Shown one piece after another: positions 22,611 to 37,217 of a stretch of 64,000 nt of DNA. A program made the translations under genes and the position numbers. The stretch comes from Antedon mediterranea (lineage: Eukaryota > Animalia > Echinodermata): assembly GCF_964355755.1 (NCBI RefSeq), contig NC_092673.1:16923648-16987647 (forward strand), read 5' to 3'. Position 1 is the stretch's first letter; each line of letters starts with the position of its first letter. The notes beneath the pieces are model-generated. The model did no database searches, was not told the DNA's origin, and saw only the letters and a list, made by a program, of their open reading frames with translations.

Positions 22611-25600
22611 TAGTAGAGCAGTTAGTGCCATAAAAATAGCCAAGTTGTGCACTTTATTACCAAAGCATGAAACTTGCCACAAAGTTTCTTTGATGTATAT
22701 AGATTAAAAATATCGGGGGGTGCCAAGTGTCCAACGTCCGGTATGGCGGCCATCTTGATTTCAAAATGGCCACCATAAAAACAAAAAGTCTTCATATCTT
22801 GGCAACTATAAACAGTAGAGACTTGATTCTGGTGTTAAATTGTTCACAAACCACATATTTCTATTTACTCTAATGAAAAGTTTCGTCAAAAAATGACCGG
22901 AAATGACGTTTCTCCCAGTTTGACCTTTGACCTCTTATCTGTATATCTCAGTAACTACTGATCATTTTCAATCGATTTTGGTGTCATTTTGTTCAGAATA
23001 GAGACATTTATATTTGTAGTAATGAAACATTTTCACATAAAATGACTGGAAATACAATTTATAACCTTTGACATATATAATATGTAAACAAGGTTTACAT
23101 TGGTATAAATGCACCTAATTTTTTTAACGAAATAAATGACACTGCAAAAATGAGCAGGAATTATTATTCTGAATTTTTGACTTTTGATGTGATAGGATAG
23201 GTGTAAAGTATGACAGATCACTGAGAAACAGCAATCACTGAGCTCATCTATGCCGACTTGTTTGCTAAACTGTGATGTGTCAATCGTTAGATAAAAGTTT
23301 TGGTCCTCTCTCCATCTTTTTTTTTGCAATGTATTATACCATATGGACAATTGTCTGAAATAAAAGTTGAATTGAATTGTTAGATGCCATTTGGAAATAT
23401 TTTTGATGTAAAGTAGCATTCTTTCGTTGGCCTCTTTGATGTTGCATATGAGACAAGTTCGGAAAGTTTGCATTTTCATGAGTTAAGAGAATACCGTCTT
23501 TCAAACTTACTACAAACTTATCCTGCATTTGTGCAGTAGACCTACTTTCATTAGTCAGAAACTCAAATAATTCTTGTTCATTTTCGTTGCATCTAAAAAA
23601 ATGTACTCCATTTTTATGGTAATGGGCCTTTGCTGTAAACCATCTGTATCCTTTTCCTCGATTTTCTCTACTCATTGATTTTTTAGCAAAATCCGAACCA
23701 AATCAATTCGTAAAAGACATCTCAATATAATTATTCAAGTAATTCTCAAATTAGTGACATGGACCTACAATATACTGTTCTGTACAAGACCTTTTTAGGC
23801 ATCCACTTGTGGACTTTCACTTTGAAGGTCTTGGTCTCCTAATCATACAAGAAACAATGTCTGATTTAATCAATCAAAGTAGTGGGTCCAGACAAAGAAG
23901 GGGATGTAAGACCATCCACAGACAAAGAAGGGGGTATAAGACTATCCACAGACAAAGAAGGGGTGTAAGACCATCCACAGACAAAGAAGGGGGTGTAAGA
24001 CCATCCACAGACAAAGAAGGGGGTATAAGACCATCCATACACAAAGAAAGGGGTGTAAGGCCATCTACAGACAAAGAAGGGGGTGTAGGACCATCCACAG
24101 ACAAAGAAGGGGGTGTAAGACCATCCACAGACAAAGAAGAAAGGGGTGTAGGACCGTCCACAGACAAAGAAAGGGTGTAAGGCCATCCACAGAGAAAGAA
24201 GGGGTGTAAGACCATCCACAGACAAAGAAGGGGTGTAAGACCATCCACAGACAAAGAAGGGGTGTAAGACCATCCACACACAAATAAAGGGGTGTAATAC
24301 CATCAACAGACAAAGAAAGGGGTGTAATACCATGAACAGACAAGGAAGGGGATATAAGACCGTCCACAGGCACAGAAGGGGTGTAAGACCGTCCACAGAC
24401 AAAGAAAGCGGTGTAAGACCGTCCACAGACAAAGAAGGGGGTGTAGGACCGTCCACAGACAAAGAAGGGGGTGTAAGACCACCCACTGACAAAGAAAGGG
24501 TATAGGACCACTTACAGACAAAGAAGGGGGTATAAGACCATCCACAGACAAAGAAGGTGATGTAGGACCATCCACAGACAAAGAAGGGGGTGTCGGACAA
24601 TCCACAGACAAAGAAGGGGATGTAAGACCACCCACAGACAAAGAAGGGGTTGTAAGACCATCCACACACAAAAAAGGGATTATAAGACCATCTACAGACA
24701 AAGAAGGGGGTATAAGACCATCCACAGACAAAGAAGGGGTATAAGACCATCCACAGAGAAAGAAGGAGGTGTACAGTGTAAGACCATCCACAGACAAAGA
24801 AGGGGTGTAAGACCATCCACAAACAAAGAAAGGGGTGTAATACCATCAACAGACAAAGAAAGGGGTTTAATACCATCAACAGACAAAAAAAGGGGGTATA
24901 AGACCGTCCACAGACAAAGAAAGGGGTTCACGACCATCCACAGACAAAGAAGGGGGTATAAGACCATCCATAGACAACGAAGGGGGTGTAGGACTATCCA
25001 CAGACAAAGAAGGGGGTGTAGGACCATCCACATACAAAGAAGGGAGTGTAGGACCATCCACAGACAAAGAAGGGGTGTAAGACCATCTACATACAAAGAA
25101 AGGGGTGTAAGATCATCCACAGACAAAGAAGCGGGTATAAGACCATCCACAGACAAAGAAGGGGGGTATAAGACCATCCACAGACAAAGAAGCGGGTATA
25201 AGACCATCCACAGACAAAGAAGCGGGTATAAGACTATCCACAGACAAGGAAGGGGGGTATAAGACCATCCACAGACAAAGAATGGGGTATAAGACCATCT
25301 ACAGACAAAGAAGGAGGGGTAGGACCATATTACCGAGGAAGCATAGGCCTACAAAAAGAAGATGCAATCAAAATAGGCCTACCAGCCACTTGGAAAACAA
25401 TAAATTGTAGAATAACTGAGGCTTGATTGTTGAAATATAAAGGGTTCTTTGTAAGGTCATTAATAATATATTGATATAAACACGATCATCATACTATTCA
25501 TTTGACATTCAAATACAGTCTATCTCGAAAAGAAGCTCATACTATCACCTTTTCGAGGTTTGACGGTATTCCATAACATGTATGTTATTTCCTCTGTCAA

Positions 25601-26266
25601 ACTATTAAAACTTTTAGCGAATCAGAAGGTGCCAACATCGTTGAACTACTAACCAAGCACAATATTTACCAATTTTATGTACAATATACAATTTAAGTAC
25701 ATTAATCATTTAATATAATTACGCCTATCAGGTCAAAGTTCAAAATTAGGTGCATTTAAGACCACCAAAAACCACATACAGTATATTCACATAATTAAAA
25801 ATCAATAATTAAATGTCAAAGGTCATAAATTGTATTTCCGGTTATTTTATGTGAAAATGTTTCATTACTACAAATATAAATGTATTTATTCTGAACAAAA
25901 TGACACCAAAATTGATTGAAAATGACCAGTAGTTACAGAGATATACAAATACGAGGTCAAAGGTCAAACTGAAAGAAACGTCATTTCCGGTCATTTTTGG
26001 ACGAAAATTTTCATTAGAGTAAATAGAAATATATAGTTTGTGAACAATTTGAGACCAGAATTAAGTCTCTAATGTGTATAGTTGCCAAGATATGAACATT
26101 TTTTGTTTTTATGGTGGCCATTTTGAAATCAAGATGGCCGCCATACCGGACGTTGGACACTTGGCACCCCCCGATATTTTGAATCTATATACATTATAGA
26201 AACTTTGTGCCAAGTTTCATGCTTTGGTAATAAAATGCACAGCTCATGTCATTAACTGCTCTACTA
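22611..26266 (-). mobile_element. Academ-type DNA transposon, internally deleted
   Basis: Termini TAGTAGAGCAGTTA...TAACTGCTCTACTA, TIRs of about 500 bp, GTT TSD. Minus-strand relic FFRCNENEQELFEFL ... CNIKEANERMLLY resembles the FL...NK.ELF.FL / C.HEEAD.R..LH motifs of Academ transposase. Confidence 0.8.
23890..25325. repeat. 29-30 bp minisatellite inside the Academ-like element
   Basis: accatccacagacaaagaagggggtgtaag. Confidence 0.95.
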
Positions 26267-27356
26267 GTTGTCAACATATTGAAGCTGTAACTCAGTTGTC
26301 AATTGTGTACTCAATGTTGTAGTAGACAGTTGTCAACATATTGAAGCTGTAACTCAGTTGTCAATTGTGTACTCAATGCTGTAGTAGACAGTTGTCAACA
26401 TATTGAAGCTGTAACTCAGTTGTCAATTGTGTACTCAATGCTGTAGTAGACAGTTGTAAACATATTGAAGCTGTAACTCAGTTGTCAATTGTGTACTCAA
26501 TGCTGTAGTAGACAGTTGTCAACATATTGAAGCTGTAACTCAGTTGTCAATTGTGTACTCAATGTTGTAGTAGACAGTTGTCAACAGATTGAAGCTGTAA
26601 CTCAGTTGTCAATCGTGTACTCAATGTTGTAGTAGACAGTTGTCAACATATTGAAGCTGTAACTCAGTTGTCAATTGTGTACTCAATGTTGTAGTAGACA
26701 GTTGTCAACATATTGAAGCTGCAACTCAGTTGTCAATTGTGTACTCAATGTTTTAGTAGACAGTTGTCAACATATTGAAGCTGTAACTCAGTTGACAATT
26801 GTTTACTCATTTATTTGTCATTTCATATTGAAAAACAATTGCTCTTGCTATTTGAAAATGGACAGACAGACATGCTTACTATGTTTATATGATTACAGTC
26901 TAGATATCTGAAGTTAGATAATTAGTATACACATTCTGATTGGTAGGAAGTTACATTTTTTTTATATTGGAACAAAAAGTGGGGTTTTTTCAAATATTGA
27001 TACAGTATTTTATAGTTAGATGGACAATTAGAGATGCCCCTACAGTCTTGTTGTTTCAAAGTGTATATTGCAGCTATAAACATGTTAAAGTAAAATAATA
27101 ATTTGATAAATGAAGAAAATTCAAATTTATAAGGGGATGGGATATGAGGGCAGCAAATATGTGTTTGATGGTGATAAAATGATACTGATGATGATAATGT
27201 TGCTATTTGTTTTGTATTAATATCAATCAATCGTTGGATTTATAACTACGGTAGTTATGATTAATGATGCTAAATTGTATTTTAAATCAAGAAATCATGT
27301 AATAATTAGACCATGACAATCTAAATGTATTGTGACCAAGACAATGATATTTTCCA

Positions 27357-28325
27357 CTCAACAACACAATTTGTTGTGGATAAATCTAAAAGCTGTAGGA
27401 ATCACTGTATTTATGGTACAGGGATTTTAACAACACAATTTGTTGTGGATAAATCTAAAAGCTGTAGGAATCCCTGTATTTATGGTACAGGGATTTTAAC
27501 AACACAATTTGTTGTGGATAAATCTAAAAGCTGTAGGAATCACTGTATTTATAATACAGGGATTTTAACAACACAATTTGTTGTGGATAAATCTAAAAGC
27601 TGTAGGAATCACTGTATTTATGGTACAGGGATTTCAACAACACAATTTGTTGTGGAAAAATCTAAAAGCTGTAGGAATCCCTGTATTTATAGTACAGGGA
27701 TTTTAACAACACAATTTGTTGTGGATAAATCTAAAAGCTGTAGGAATCCCTGTATTTATGGTACAGGGATTTTAACAACACAATTTGTTGTGGATAAATC
27801 CAAAAGCTGTAGGAATCCCTGTATTTATAGTGCAGGGATTTTAACAACACAATTTGTTGTGGATAAATCTAAAAGCTGTAGGAATCACTGTATTTATAGT
27901 ACAGGGATTTTAACAACACAATTTGTTGTGGATAAATCTAAAAGCTGTAGGAATCCCTGTATTTATAGTACAGGGATTTTAACAACACAATTTGTTGTGG
28001 ATAAATCTAAAAGCTGTAGGAATCCCTGTATTTATAGTACAGGGATTTTAACAACACAATTTGTTGTGGATAAATCCAAAAGCTGTAGGAATCACTGTAT
28101 TTAAGTACTGGGATTTTAACAACACAATTTGTTGTGGATAAATCTAAAAGCTGTAGGAATCCCTGTATTTATAGTACAGGGATTTTAACAACACAATTTG
28201 TTGTGGATAAATCCAAAAGCTGTAGGAATCACTGTATTTATAGTACTGGGATTTTAACAACACAATTTGTTGTGGATAAATCTAAAAGCTGTAGGAATCC
28301 CTGTATTTATAGTACAGGGATTTTT
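27357..28325. repeat. 69-bp minisatellite, about 14 copies
   Basis: Direct tandem units; explains the 23-aa periodic ORF. Confidence 0.95.
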
Positions 28326-28784
28326 ACGAAAAAATGACCAAAGTGGTGTTTGGCAGGTTGGGGAGGACAGACAATATTGTCACAAAATGTATTTATGAAT
28401 TTGCTTTTCCTTCATCCAATGTACATGGTAGATGGATGAAGCTATTGTTCTAACCACGTGACTGGCATAGGTTTTTTTTTATATATCTATATATATATAT
28501 ATATATTTGTTATATTTATAATAATGTACACTAATTTGTTATTGAGCTATGGAGAATTTTTTTTTTCCGAAATAAAAGATGAATGAATGATAACTATTAA
28601 TGATGTGCAATTGTCAGTCTGTGTTAACTGTCACCCTTTTTAATTCATATTTTGCAATATCAATATTGTCATTCTTCATACTGAATTTTGGTTAAAGTGT
28701 GGCCTAACTGTACTTAATAGGCCTAACAATAAATATAATAAGTCAATTCACATTAATATTTTGTTCTTTCTTTTCTAAGTTTGT

Positions 28785-28848
28785 AAAATTACAAAAACAA
28801 AACAGAACAAACACATATGTGTTTGTTCTGTTTTGTTTTTGTAATTTT
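28785..28848. repeat. Perfect 64-bp palindrome
   Basis: 32-bp arms with no spacer, centred on catatg. Confidence 0.95.
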
Positions 28849-29353
28849 GAACATATTTACATTAATTATAAATAACTAACATGTGCATATTATGCAAATG
28901 AGACCAGGTAAACGGAAGTACAGAATGATGTTTAAATATAATGAATTGAATAAATTGTAAATTTTTTGTACGGAACTGAATTATATTTTTTATATGAATG
29001 AATTTTATAATACCTATTTGTTAAAAATGAAATATTTTATATTTTGATATTTTGATATTTTAATTCAATTTTGTAGGCCTAAATTAAAACTCAATTAAGT
29101 ATTTATGCTGCTGTGTTTTAATGTTTATATTCATATATTTTTAAATAAATAGGTGAATGAAAAGCTTTTGTTTGTTTGTAAGGATTGTGTATTTGTTTGG
29201 AAAGGGGAGATTTTAACATCGAGGATATCATTATACTGTATCAAAATGTACGTGGTTTGCTATTCATCGTATATTATACAAAATATCCATTCCACCAATC
29301 CAGAGAGTAATAAAGTTCTTCGATATATTACACATATAATGTTACGTAGACAA

Positions 29354-30169
29354 CAGAGCCATATTTATAAAGAGTTACGACATTGGATTTAAGTCACGTG
29401 ATATGCAGATCAATTTGTGTCAAACTTGTCTCCGTTAATGCATGTAAAGTATAGGAGCAAGAAATTACTTTAAACTTTTTCTTATATTAAAAAAATGTAA
29501 TTGCACATTTTACGGTGGAATATCGACGTGCACAGCGTACAGAACCACTTGCGCCAAAGAATATTGCGCGCGCGTACGCTAGTACATTATAACGTTCGAT
29601 TGATTGATTTTGGAACAAAACATCCCATAACTACGTCCCATTAATAACAATTATGTAATATTTTCAATTCATAATGCATGCTTTGATGACTAAATAAAAT
29701 AATAAAGTGTCGTGGATATATTTGTTAATATATTGAATAGGTATGAACAATATTAAAATAATAAAGGCAAATTATTACAAATGAAATGATGAACGAGTCT
29801 CTGAAAGTTTGTGTCAAAAACACACAGAGAGCCATATACTGTATAAAAAGAGGGGTGAATTTGTGTGTTTTTTGTATTGGTTCATGCTTTGATGTATCCT
29901 GACTTGCATGTAGGCCCTAGCATTTATTCTTTTGTTATTATAGACACAATATATATATGTTACCAAATTAATACCATTAATAACATTATTTACTAAAATA
30001 AAAACGGAATCTAAGCGTTATTTCATTGACAACAAAATCTAAAAATAATGCATGGAACTACAGGAAAACGCTATACAAAAGAGACGCGCGCGCCCTCAGC
30101 GTGCGAATTCTTTGACACAAAAATGGCTTCTAATCTTCAATGTCGTAACTCTTTATATATATGGCTCTG
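29354..30169. mobile_element. hAT-like MITE
   Basis: TIR cagagccatatttataaagagttacgacattg; 8-bp TSD gtagacaa on both sides; another such end at 47938-47969. Confidence 0.85.
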
Positions 30170-30662
30170 GTAGACAAATAGTGGTTGCGCCCTCTATAAA
30201 AAATAAAAGTTTATTCACCCACCAACAAACCACTCACAACATGTCGAAGAATGTCAAACACAAGAAGTAAGTTTTTGTTTCATAATTTTATCATATACCA
30301 TATCATATACGGTATACGGTTTATACTGTATCCTAGGCCTGCCTACTTAGTACTATATTATATCAGCCTAGATAGGCCTATAGGCCTAGCTAGGCTAGTT
30401 CTAAGTAGCTGGGGCAGGCCCTACCTCTAGCTATCAAAAAAGGCTTTTTAGTGGGCCTAGAGTAGAAAGCTGAGGGAGTCTCCACGAATACCGTCTCCAC
30501 AACATGTCGTTAGAGAACAGATATCAACTGCATTGTGATTGGTCCTAAGACGAACATAAACACATGGATGGATGAGGTTGTTTTAAAGGGGGATTCTGGG
30601 TTTAAAATTGCTTTTAAATATCGTTTTTTATTAAATAAAAAGTATTATAACTAGGCCTAGGC

Positions 30663-31266
30663 CCCGGGGGGGTCACTCTTAAATATTTCCATACGGGAGG
30701 AGGTGCCGCATTTACGGGTATATTTTCGAGGGCCTGGTAGCACAAATATTGGGAGTTGGTAGCACAAGTGTGGGAAATGACAGGGTGAAATTAGTAGTTT
30801 AAGTCCCTGGCCCGCCCACCCGTGTCAAAATTTCACGATTTATCGCTAAATTTTGCAGGAATTTTAGCTTACTGGATGCTATAAGCCCGGCTATATAAGC
30901 CCATCGCGGGGCCCATCGCTAAATACCTTTTAATAGAGTTTTCCCCGAGAGTTTTCGCATCATCAGTATAACACGAAACATAGCTGGCCTAGGACAAAAT
31001 CATTCAACTGTGACCGCTCTTGATCATCGGTGGTGTGCACCACTGCAAACGCGTCAAAATTCGCCATGAACGGTGGAGGTCTCTTTGGCTATGCGCAGAT
31101 CATGCTGGGAACCAGTACAAATATTGCGCCCTCTCAGGCGTGGCCTTGATTTTGGTAAATGGTAGTTCAAGTCCGTAGTATTTTTCAGTAAAACAGGTAG
31201 CGCAAGTGCCTCATGTCTTGAAGTGGCTGCGGCACCCCCTTGTTTGGTTTATATACAAAACCCGGG
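30663..31266. mobile_element. CACTA/EnSpm-like MITE
   Basis: cccggg termini with 2-bp GC duplication inside a (taggcc) tract. Confidence 0.6.
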
Positions 31267-31399
31267 GCCTAGGCCTATACTTACTATATATACAAACTAA
31301 ACTAAACACTACAGTATATACATACAATCGGAATGAAAACATGTTAAACTACAAAACAACTAAACTAAATATCACAATCGGACGAGCATAATTGAAGAT

Positions 31400-31790
31400 T
31401 TATTGACATAATTATGTTTTTTGTTTGTTTTACTGATCACCTGATACATTTACATTAAATGTTAAGTGTAAATAAATGAAACGAATGTAGATACAGAAAC
31501 AAAATCATAATGGTAACAGATTCATTGACGTAATTACCGGTATATGTTTATTTGTTTTACTGATTACCTGATACATTTACATTTAATGTTAAATGTAAAT
31601 AAATGAAACGAATATAGTACCGTAGTTAAACGAAATTGTAACAGATTCATTGACGTAATTATTATGTATGTTTGCTTTACTGATCATCTGATAGCCTACA
31701 TTTACATTTAATGTTAAATGTAAATAAATGAAACGATTGTAGATACAGAAACAAAATGGTAACGGATTCATTGACGACATATTTATGTAT
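31400..31790. repeat. Degenerate tandem repeat, about 125 bp x3
   Basis: Repeated tacatttacatttaatgttaaatgtaaataaatgaaacga..aacagattcattgacg. Confidence 0.75.
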
Positions 31791-32299
31791 TTTTGTTTTT
31801 TGTTTTACGACGACTCGGCTATACTAGTTGAACCTATTTTCCCATCTTTTTATAATGGTATAGTCCATACAAGTCGAGGTGGCCGAAATTGTTTTGTTTT
31901 GATCCTATTGTTTTAATGGCAGGTCTTTCTTAAGAAGGGCCTAGACCTAGACTTTTTTTATTTAGCCATGCTAGGCCTAGGCCTAGCCTACACAGACAGC
32001 CAATACGGCGCTAGGCCTACGCCCATAATACTAGTAACTAGGCCTAGCCTAGGCCTACTAGCTAGGCCTAGTAGTACTGTACGTAGAGAGGCATTAGGGC
32101 CAGGCCTAGCTTTCTACCTAGACCTACTATTCTCTTTTAGTCTAGACCCTTGTACTAGGCTAGCCTAGTAATAATGATGTAAGACGATCAGAGAAACTTA
32201 AACCAATAGACGATTTTCGTGCTACGGAAGCCATCTTGCAGAATATGTACAAAAAATAAAAAATATATTTAGATTATTAAGATAATAAATGTTTGCTGA

Positions 32300-32570
32300 T
32301 GTCTTTAATATGACTGTATAGTCCCCTGGACCAGTCCAGATCAAATGTGAGATAACAAATTACCTACAGTCTTTAATGACTGTGTATAGCCCCCTGGACC
32401 AGACCAAATTAAATGTGAGATAACAAATTACCTACAGTCTTTAATATGACTGTCTATAGCCCCTGGACCAGACCAGATCCAAGGTGAGATAACAAATTAC
32501 CTACAGTCTTTAATATGACTGTCTATAGCCCCCTGGACCAGACCAGATCAAATGTGAGATAACAAATTAG
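32300..32570. repeat. Tandem repeat, about 69 bp x4
   Basis: tagccccctggaccagaccagatcaaatgtgagataacaaatta. Confidence 0.9.
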
Positions 32571-35500
32571 GCCTAAAGAGATCTGTGGAGCCCAAAAGTC
32601 TTTTTAGTATGACTTTGAAGCCCCCAAAACATTTTTTCATAGCTTTCACTCAATCACCATACTACTGTACTGTTATTGAGATTAAATAGTAAAGTTCATT
32701 AATAATGGATACAAAAGAAACATATTGTGGTTTTGGTTTACAAGTTGAAATAATTAATTAGGCCAAACAAAATATATTGTTAAGTTACCACTCTCTTCCC
32801 TGATTTTTTTAGCCTCTTCTCTTTTTCTTTTCTGAGGGACAACAAAATAACTAAACAATTACGATAAATCATTACATTTTATTTTACCAACAGGAACAAT
32901 TTTATTGCATTAAATAGTTTCTTAAAGTTGAAAATATATGTATAGTGATTCATTTGTTCATGTTTGAAGGAATTAGTATCACTTTATTTCAAGATGGTAG
33001 CATGAAACAATGTTGATGACCTATTAAAGCATAGTACTTTAGTAAAAAAAAAAAAACGCCCTTGATGCTTAACAATTTTGACCTTATAAAACAGGTATTC
33101 TAAAATGTGAAACCTCAATAATATATAGAGTATGATTTAAACACTAGCATTCGTTTCCTTTCTTTTTGAATAATTGAAGTTGTGAATATGTTTTAACTTC
33201 CTGTTTTTGCAGTTAAATATTTTGCAAGATTGTTTGAGGAAGTCAGTATTGTATTTGGTGAATATTCATTTATTTATGGTCAAACACAGTAAAATATTGT
33301 ACATTACATGGTTTGAAATTATTTTCGTTTAAAAAAAAATATAAAAATCAGTTAAAAAGGTTAAAATTTGGTAAATACAGATAAAGCATATATAAATTCA
33401 GATAAAATACATCATTTAAAATACAAAATACAAAAGATTGGTGTGTGTAGTAATGGAATAGCATAAAATGACTACTGTTTCCATGTTTCATTAAATTGCC
33501 TCATTGCAGTAGGGAGAAACAAGTTTCTCATCCTGTTGGTTTTCCATCTTGGGTACGGTACACTAAACGCCTTGACAATTGCTAAAAAATCACTCACTTG
33601 AACCGCATGAGCGCGCAGTAAGCTCTCTATTTGTTAGAGAAAGAAGACAGGGTTTTTAGTCACAATAACGATTTAGATTTATCTGCCAATAGTGATATCG
33701 ATGTTTCACAAATATGTAGTATATTATGCTATTGAAATTAGTAAATTTTAGGTCATAATTTATTATTTCAAGCCCAGCTAGGCCTTCCTCTAGTAAGCCA
33801 GCCTTCAATTGGGCGAAAACATGCAGCCTGTCCACCAGGCTACGAACGAGATAGGCTAGTTTGTCTAGCCTAGGCCTAATATCGTCAAATGGTCATGATT
33901 AGCTTGTCAAATGTCCACAAAATGATACTATTTATTTAGTATTCTTTCAAATAAATACAACTTGTAATGCAAACTTATGAACCAGAAAAAAAATGTTGTA
34001 TTTTGTTTGTAATAGTCTCTGATTTCCTACATATTTAAATAACTGTACAGGAAGTAATATATAAAACATTACATTATTGCTTCAGGTGCTGAAGGGTTAA
34101 GGGGGTGATTTATTATTTATTATTTTATTAGCTGCCTTCACTATCCAATCAATGTATATGTCATCTACTATAGTGTAATTAATTGTATAAACAGCCCCTT
34201 TAATTTAATGATATATTCAGCTTTCATCATCTATGCCATTTTCATCTATTCTATTTTCATCATCTATTCATCATTGATAGAAATTTCATTGATGCAATTT
34301 TCATCATAACCAATAACTTGCGTAAGCGATGTTTCATAGATTCTGGTATCACCAAAATATGTTCTGCTTGATGTTAATGAATAGTTTTGAGTTATGACAT
34401 CGAAGAGAGCTTAGTTGTACAATCTTCATGGTAAATTCAAGCTAATTTACTACTGATGTTTATACTATGTATGCTGGTTTTGAATAAAATTGCATATAAG
34501 CAAGCTGCATCATTTTAATCGTCCCTAGATAATTATACTAATTTATCAAACTAAATGATATTAAAGCTTGTTAATATTTATTTTATATAATGTCATAGTA
34601 AAATTTATTTTTCACAGCATAGGTTTATCGTATTACTGTATGTTGACCAGGTTTATATAAGATGTTCTATCCACAAATTTTAGAGAATGGCAGGCACTAA
34701 ATCAACAGAAAAAAAAATAACATTGATAAAAAAAAAAGATTCTTGACAATCACAACAGGTTCAATGCAGATCACTTAACCTTAAAGAAGGCAAGACTGAT
34801 TGAGGAAGTAATGTAATTCACAGAATAAGGAAATAGGGTGTTGGCCCTTGGTATAACAATAAGCATCTTATAATAGGCAGCTTTATGATCGGACTGTGCA
34901 ATTTTGAATGTAATGTTATTTTATCATGTATGTTTCTTTAGATTCAGTGTGTAAATGTGAGTTGTAATAGTATAGTTATTTATTTCATTTTATAATACTG
35001 TATTTTTACTTGTTGTAATTGTACAATGATCGTTTAGTATCAAACAGTATTTATACAAATAATTATTATTATCTATTTTAAGATCACAAACTATATTTAA
35101 TGTAAAAATAATACTATATGGTCCTATTGCGATAACTTTTTTCGTCTTTAAATGGTTAAACATTTGAAAAATTAGTCGATTCTAATAATTATAGCGGCCC
35201 GCTATAAATGCCAAAATGCATTGCGCGTGGATTGATATTTCTGTTTTTCTTCTGTAATTCACCCACTTTTCGATCGATCGTGAGGCCAAAACAAATGGAA
35301 GACTCCTAACTTTTCAGCGAAAATACCGGGTTTTCCCCAATTTGTATCAACGGAGTCTGGCAAAAATAGAAAGACAATTAATGCAGCAACTATACAACGT
35401 CAGGCTAGGTATATAGCTAGCGTACGATGTTTGTACTTTACCGATGTTTACCAGCTAGGCCTACAAAACTAAGCCTAGATAGGCTAGGCCTAAAGACCGT

Positions 35501-36189
35501 CCACGAGAGGTCAGTCGCCGCGAGCTACTTAGGTAGTGCATTGTTTCTCACTTTTTATCATAATTTACCATAAAACGTACATTTAAGACAAGGAATGACC
35601 TGGTTTAATGTTTTTAAAGTAATATATGTATTATTTTTACAAAACCTCACAAATTGTAGGGAAGGTGTCTTTAATGTTTTATATTCTAATGGTACAAACA
35701 ATGGCATCTAGTGTTAATAAGTCAACAAATGACCAAACAATCCTATAGACCTAGCTAGTAATAGCAATTAGCCTAGCAAGGTAGAAAGGCAGCAATTCTA
35801 TTACAAAATTTCGAAAAGCAACTGAAACTTATCTACTAATTCTAAAAACTAACTAAAGGATTGACTAATTCTGGTTTTTTTTCCAAGATTTCATGTCTTG
35901 TAGAGATTAAAGATTAAGAGATTAATTAATCAAAATCATAAAAACAATCTAAAGCTATAAATTGAATTGCTTTTTTTGTCTAATTTAATACATGTATCTC
36001 AAACCTGCCAACTTTTTCAGTGGCCAATGCGTGAGACATTAAATTAAATTGTATATAGCGCCCTCTATGTTATAATAACTTGAAAAACGCCCTGAGCTGT
36101 ATGTTAAATTTTTCGCCGAATTGAGTTTGCCTTTCCTGTACTACTGTACCTCAACCATAAAATACAAATAAACATATGCTTTAATAGGC

Positions 36190-37149
36190 CGGTCAGTCTA
36201 ATTACCAAAAACAACCGAAAACAACCAAAACAACTGAAAACAGCCATAAACAACCGAAAACAAAATAAAATAATCTAAATACCGAAAACAAATTTGTATA
36301 TACATTTTTAATGTCGCCCTCTACTGATGGTTGTTTCTAGAGTTAAGTCCATGACAGAGAGAAGGTTAAGACCGCGTGCGCAAAAGCCAAGGAAGACCCT
36401 ACGAAATGGTAGTGTGCACAAAATACAACTAAAAATCGTACAATCAATCAATGATAACATCGCATTTACTTACATACAGAATCTATGAACATATTTTAAT
36501 TTTAGTCATTTCGATTTTTAATCCAGAAACCAACGCATTTACTCCTCACAATAATTGTGAATCACATTAATCCATAGTATAGAAAGTAAATTGACTATGG
36601 TTAATCATGATCAATTTAATTATAGATTTTCAAAGATAATAATACAAAAATGATATTTTAAGAATATTGATAACATTAGGGACTATAAAGTATACTTAAA
36701 ACCAGCTCACGATTAAGGATTCAATAAAATCTATTCAGTAAAATTACCGTAGTCGAGTAAATAACGTTTTTATCCTTAATCACTTCAGTATAGTGACGAA
36801 AATGCAAAGTTAGGTAAAATCATGCTTTGTTTTTGAAAATCTAAAGACTAAAAACGAAATGTGTTAGATTTTGGAAGTAAATGTAGTCTACGGTGTATAT
36901 CATTGAATTTGTACGATTTTTTGGAGTTGTATTTTGTGCACACTACCATTTCGTAGGATCTTCCTTGGCTTTTGCGCGTGTGGTTTTCTCTCTGTACGGT
37001 CTTAGCTTTAGAAACACTCATCAATAGAGAGCGACATTAAAAAAAATATTAATTTTTTATTTTGTTTATTGGTTTGTTTTCGATTGTTTACGGTTGTTTG
37101 TGGTTGTTTTCGGTTATTTTCGGTTGTTTTCGGTAATTAGACTGACCCG
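36190..37149. mobile_element. MITE with long (about 280 bp) imperfect TIRs, possibly Mutator-like
   Basis: ggtcagtctaattacc..aacaacc vs ggttgtttt..ggtaattagactgacc; inner cctacgaaatggtagtgtgcacaaaatacaac is also inverted; TSD unclear. Confidence 0.7.
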
Positions 37150-37217
37150 CTTAGGCTATTTTATGCTCAAATTAAATGAAGTGTAGTCCTGGACTATTTT
37201 CCCTTCAAAATAGGCAA

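Larger units (their letters stand above)
21910..26810. repeat. 62-bp minisatellite (21910-22610 and 26267-26810) split by a transposon
   Basis: The same unit resumes in register after the insertion. Confidence 0.9.

Noticed and set aside
23809-25298. Multiple overlapping ORFs up to 337 aa
   Set aside because: Products of a 30-bp minisatellite with frame-shifting indels.
27325-28337. Cys-containing 23-aa repeat protein
   Set aside because: The 69-bp unit is a multiple of 3; one unit has a deletion and stop; no splice or domain support.
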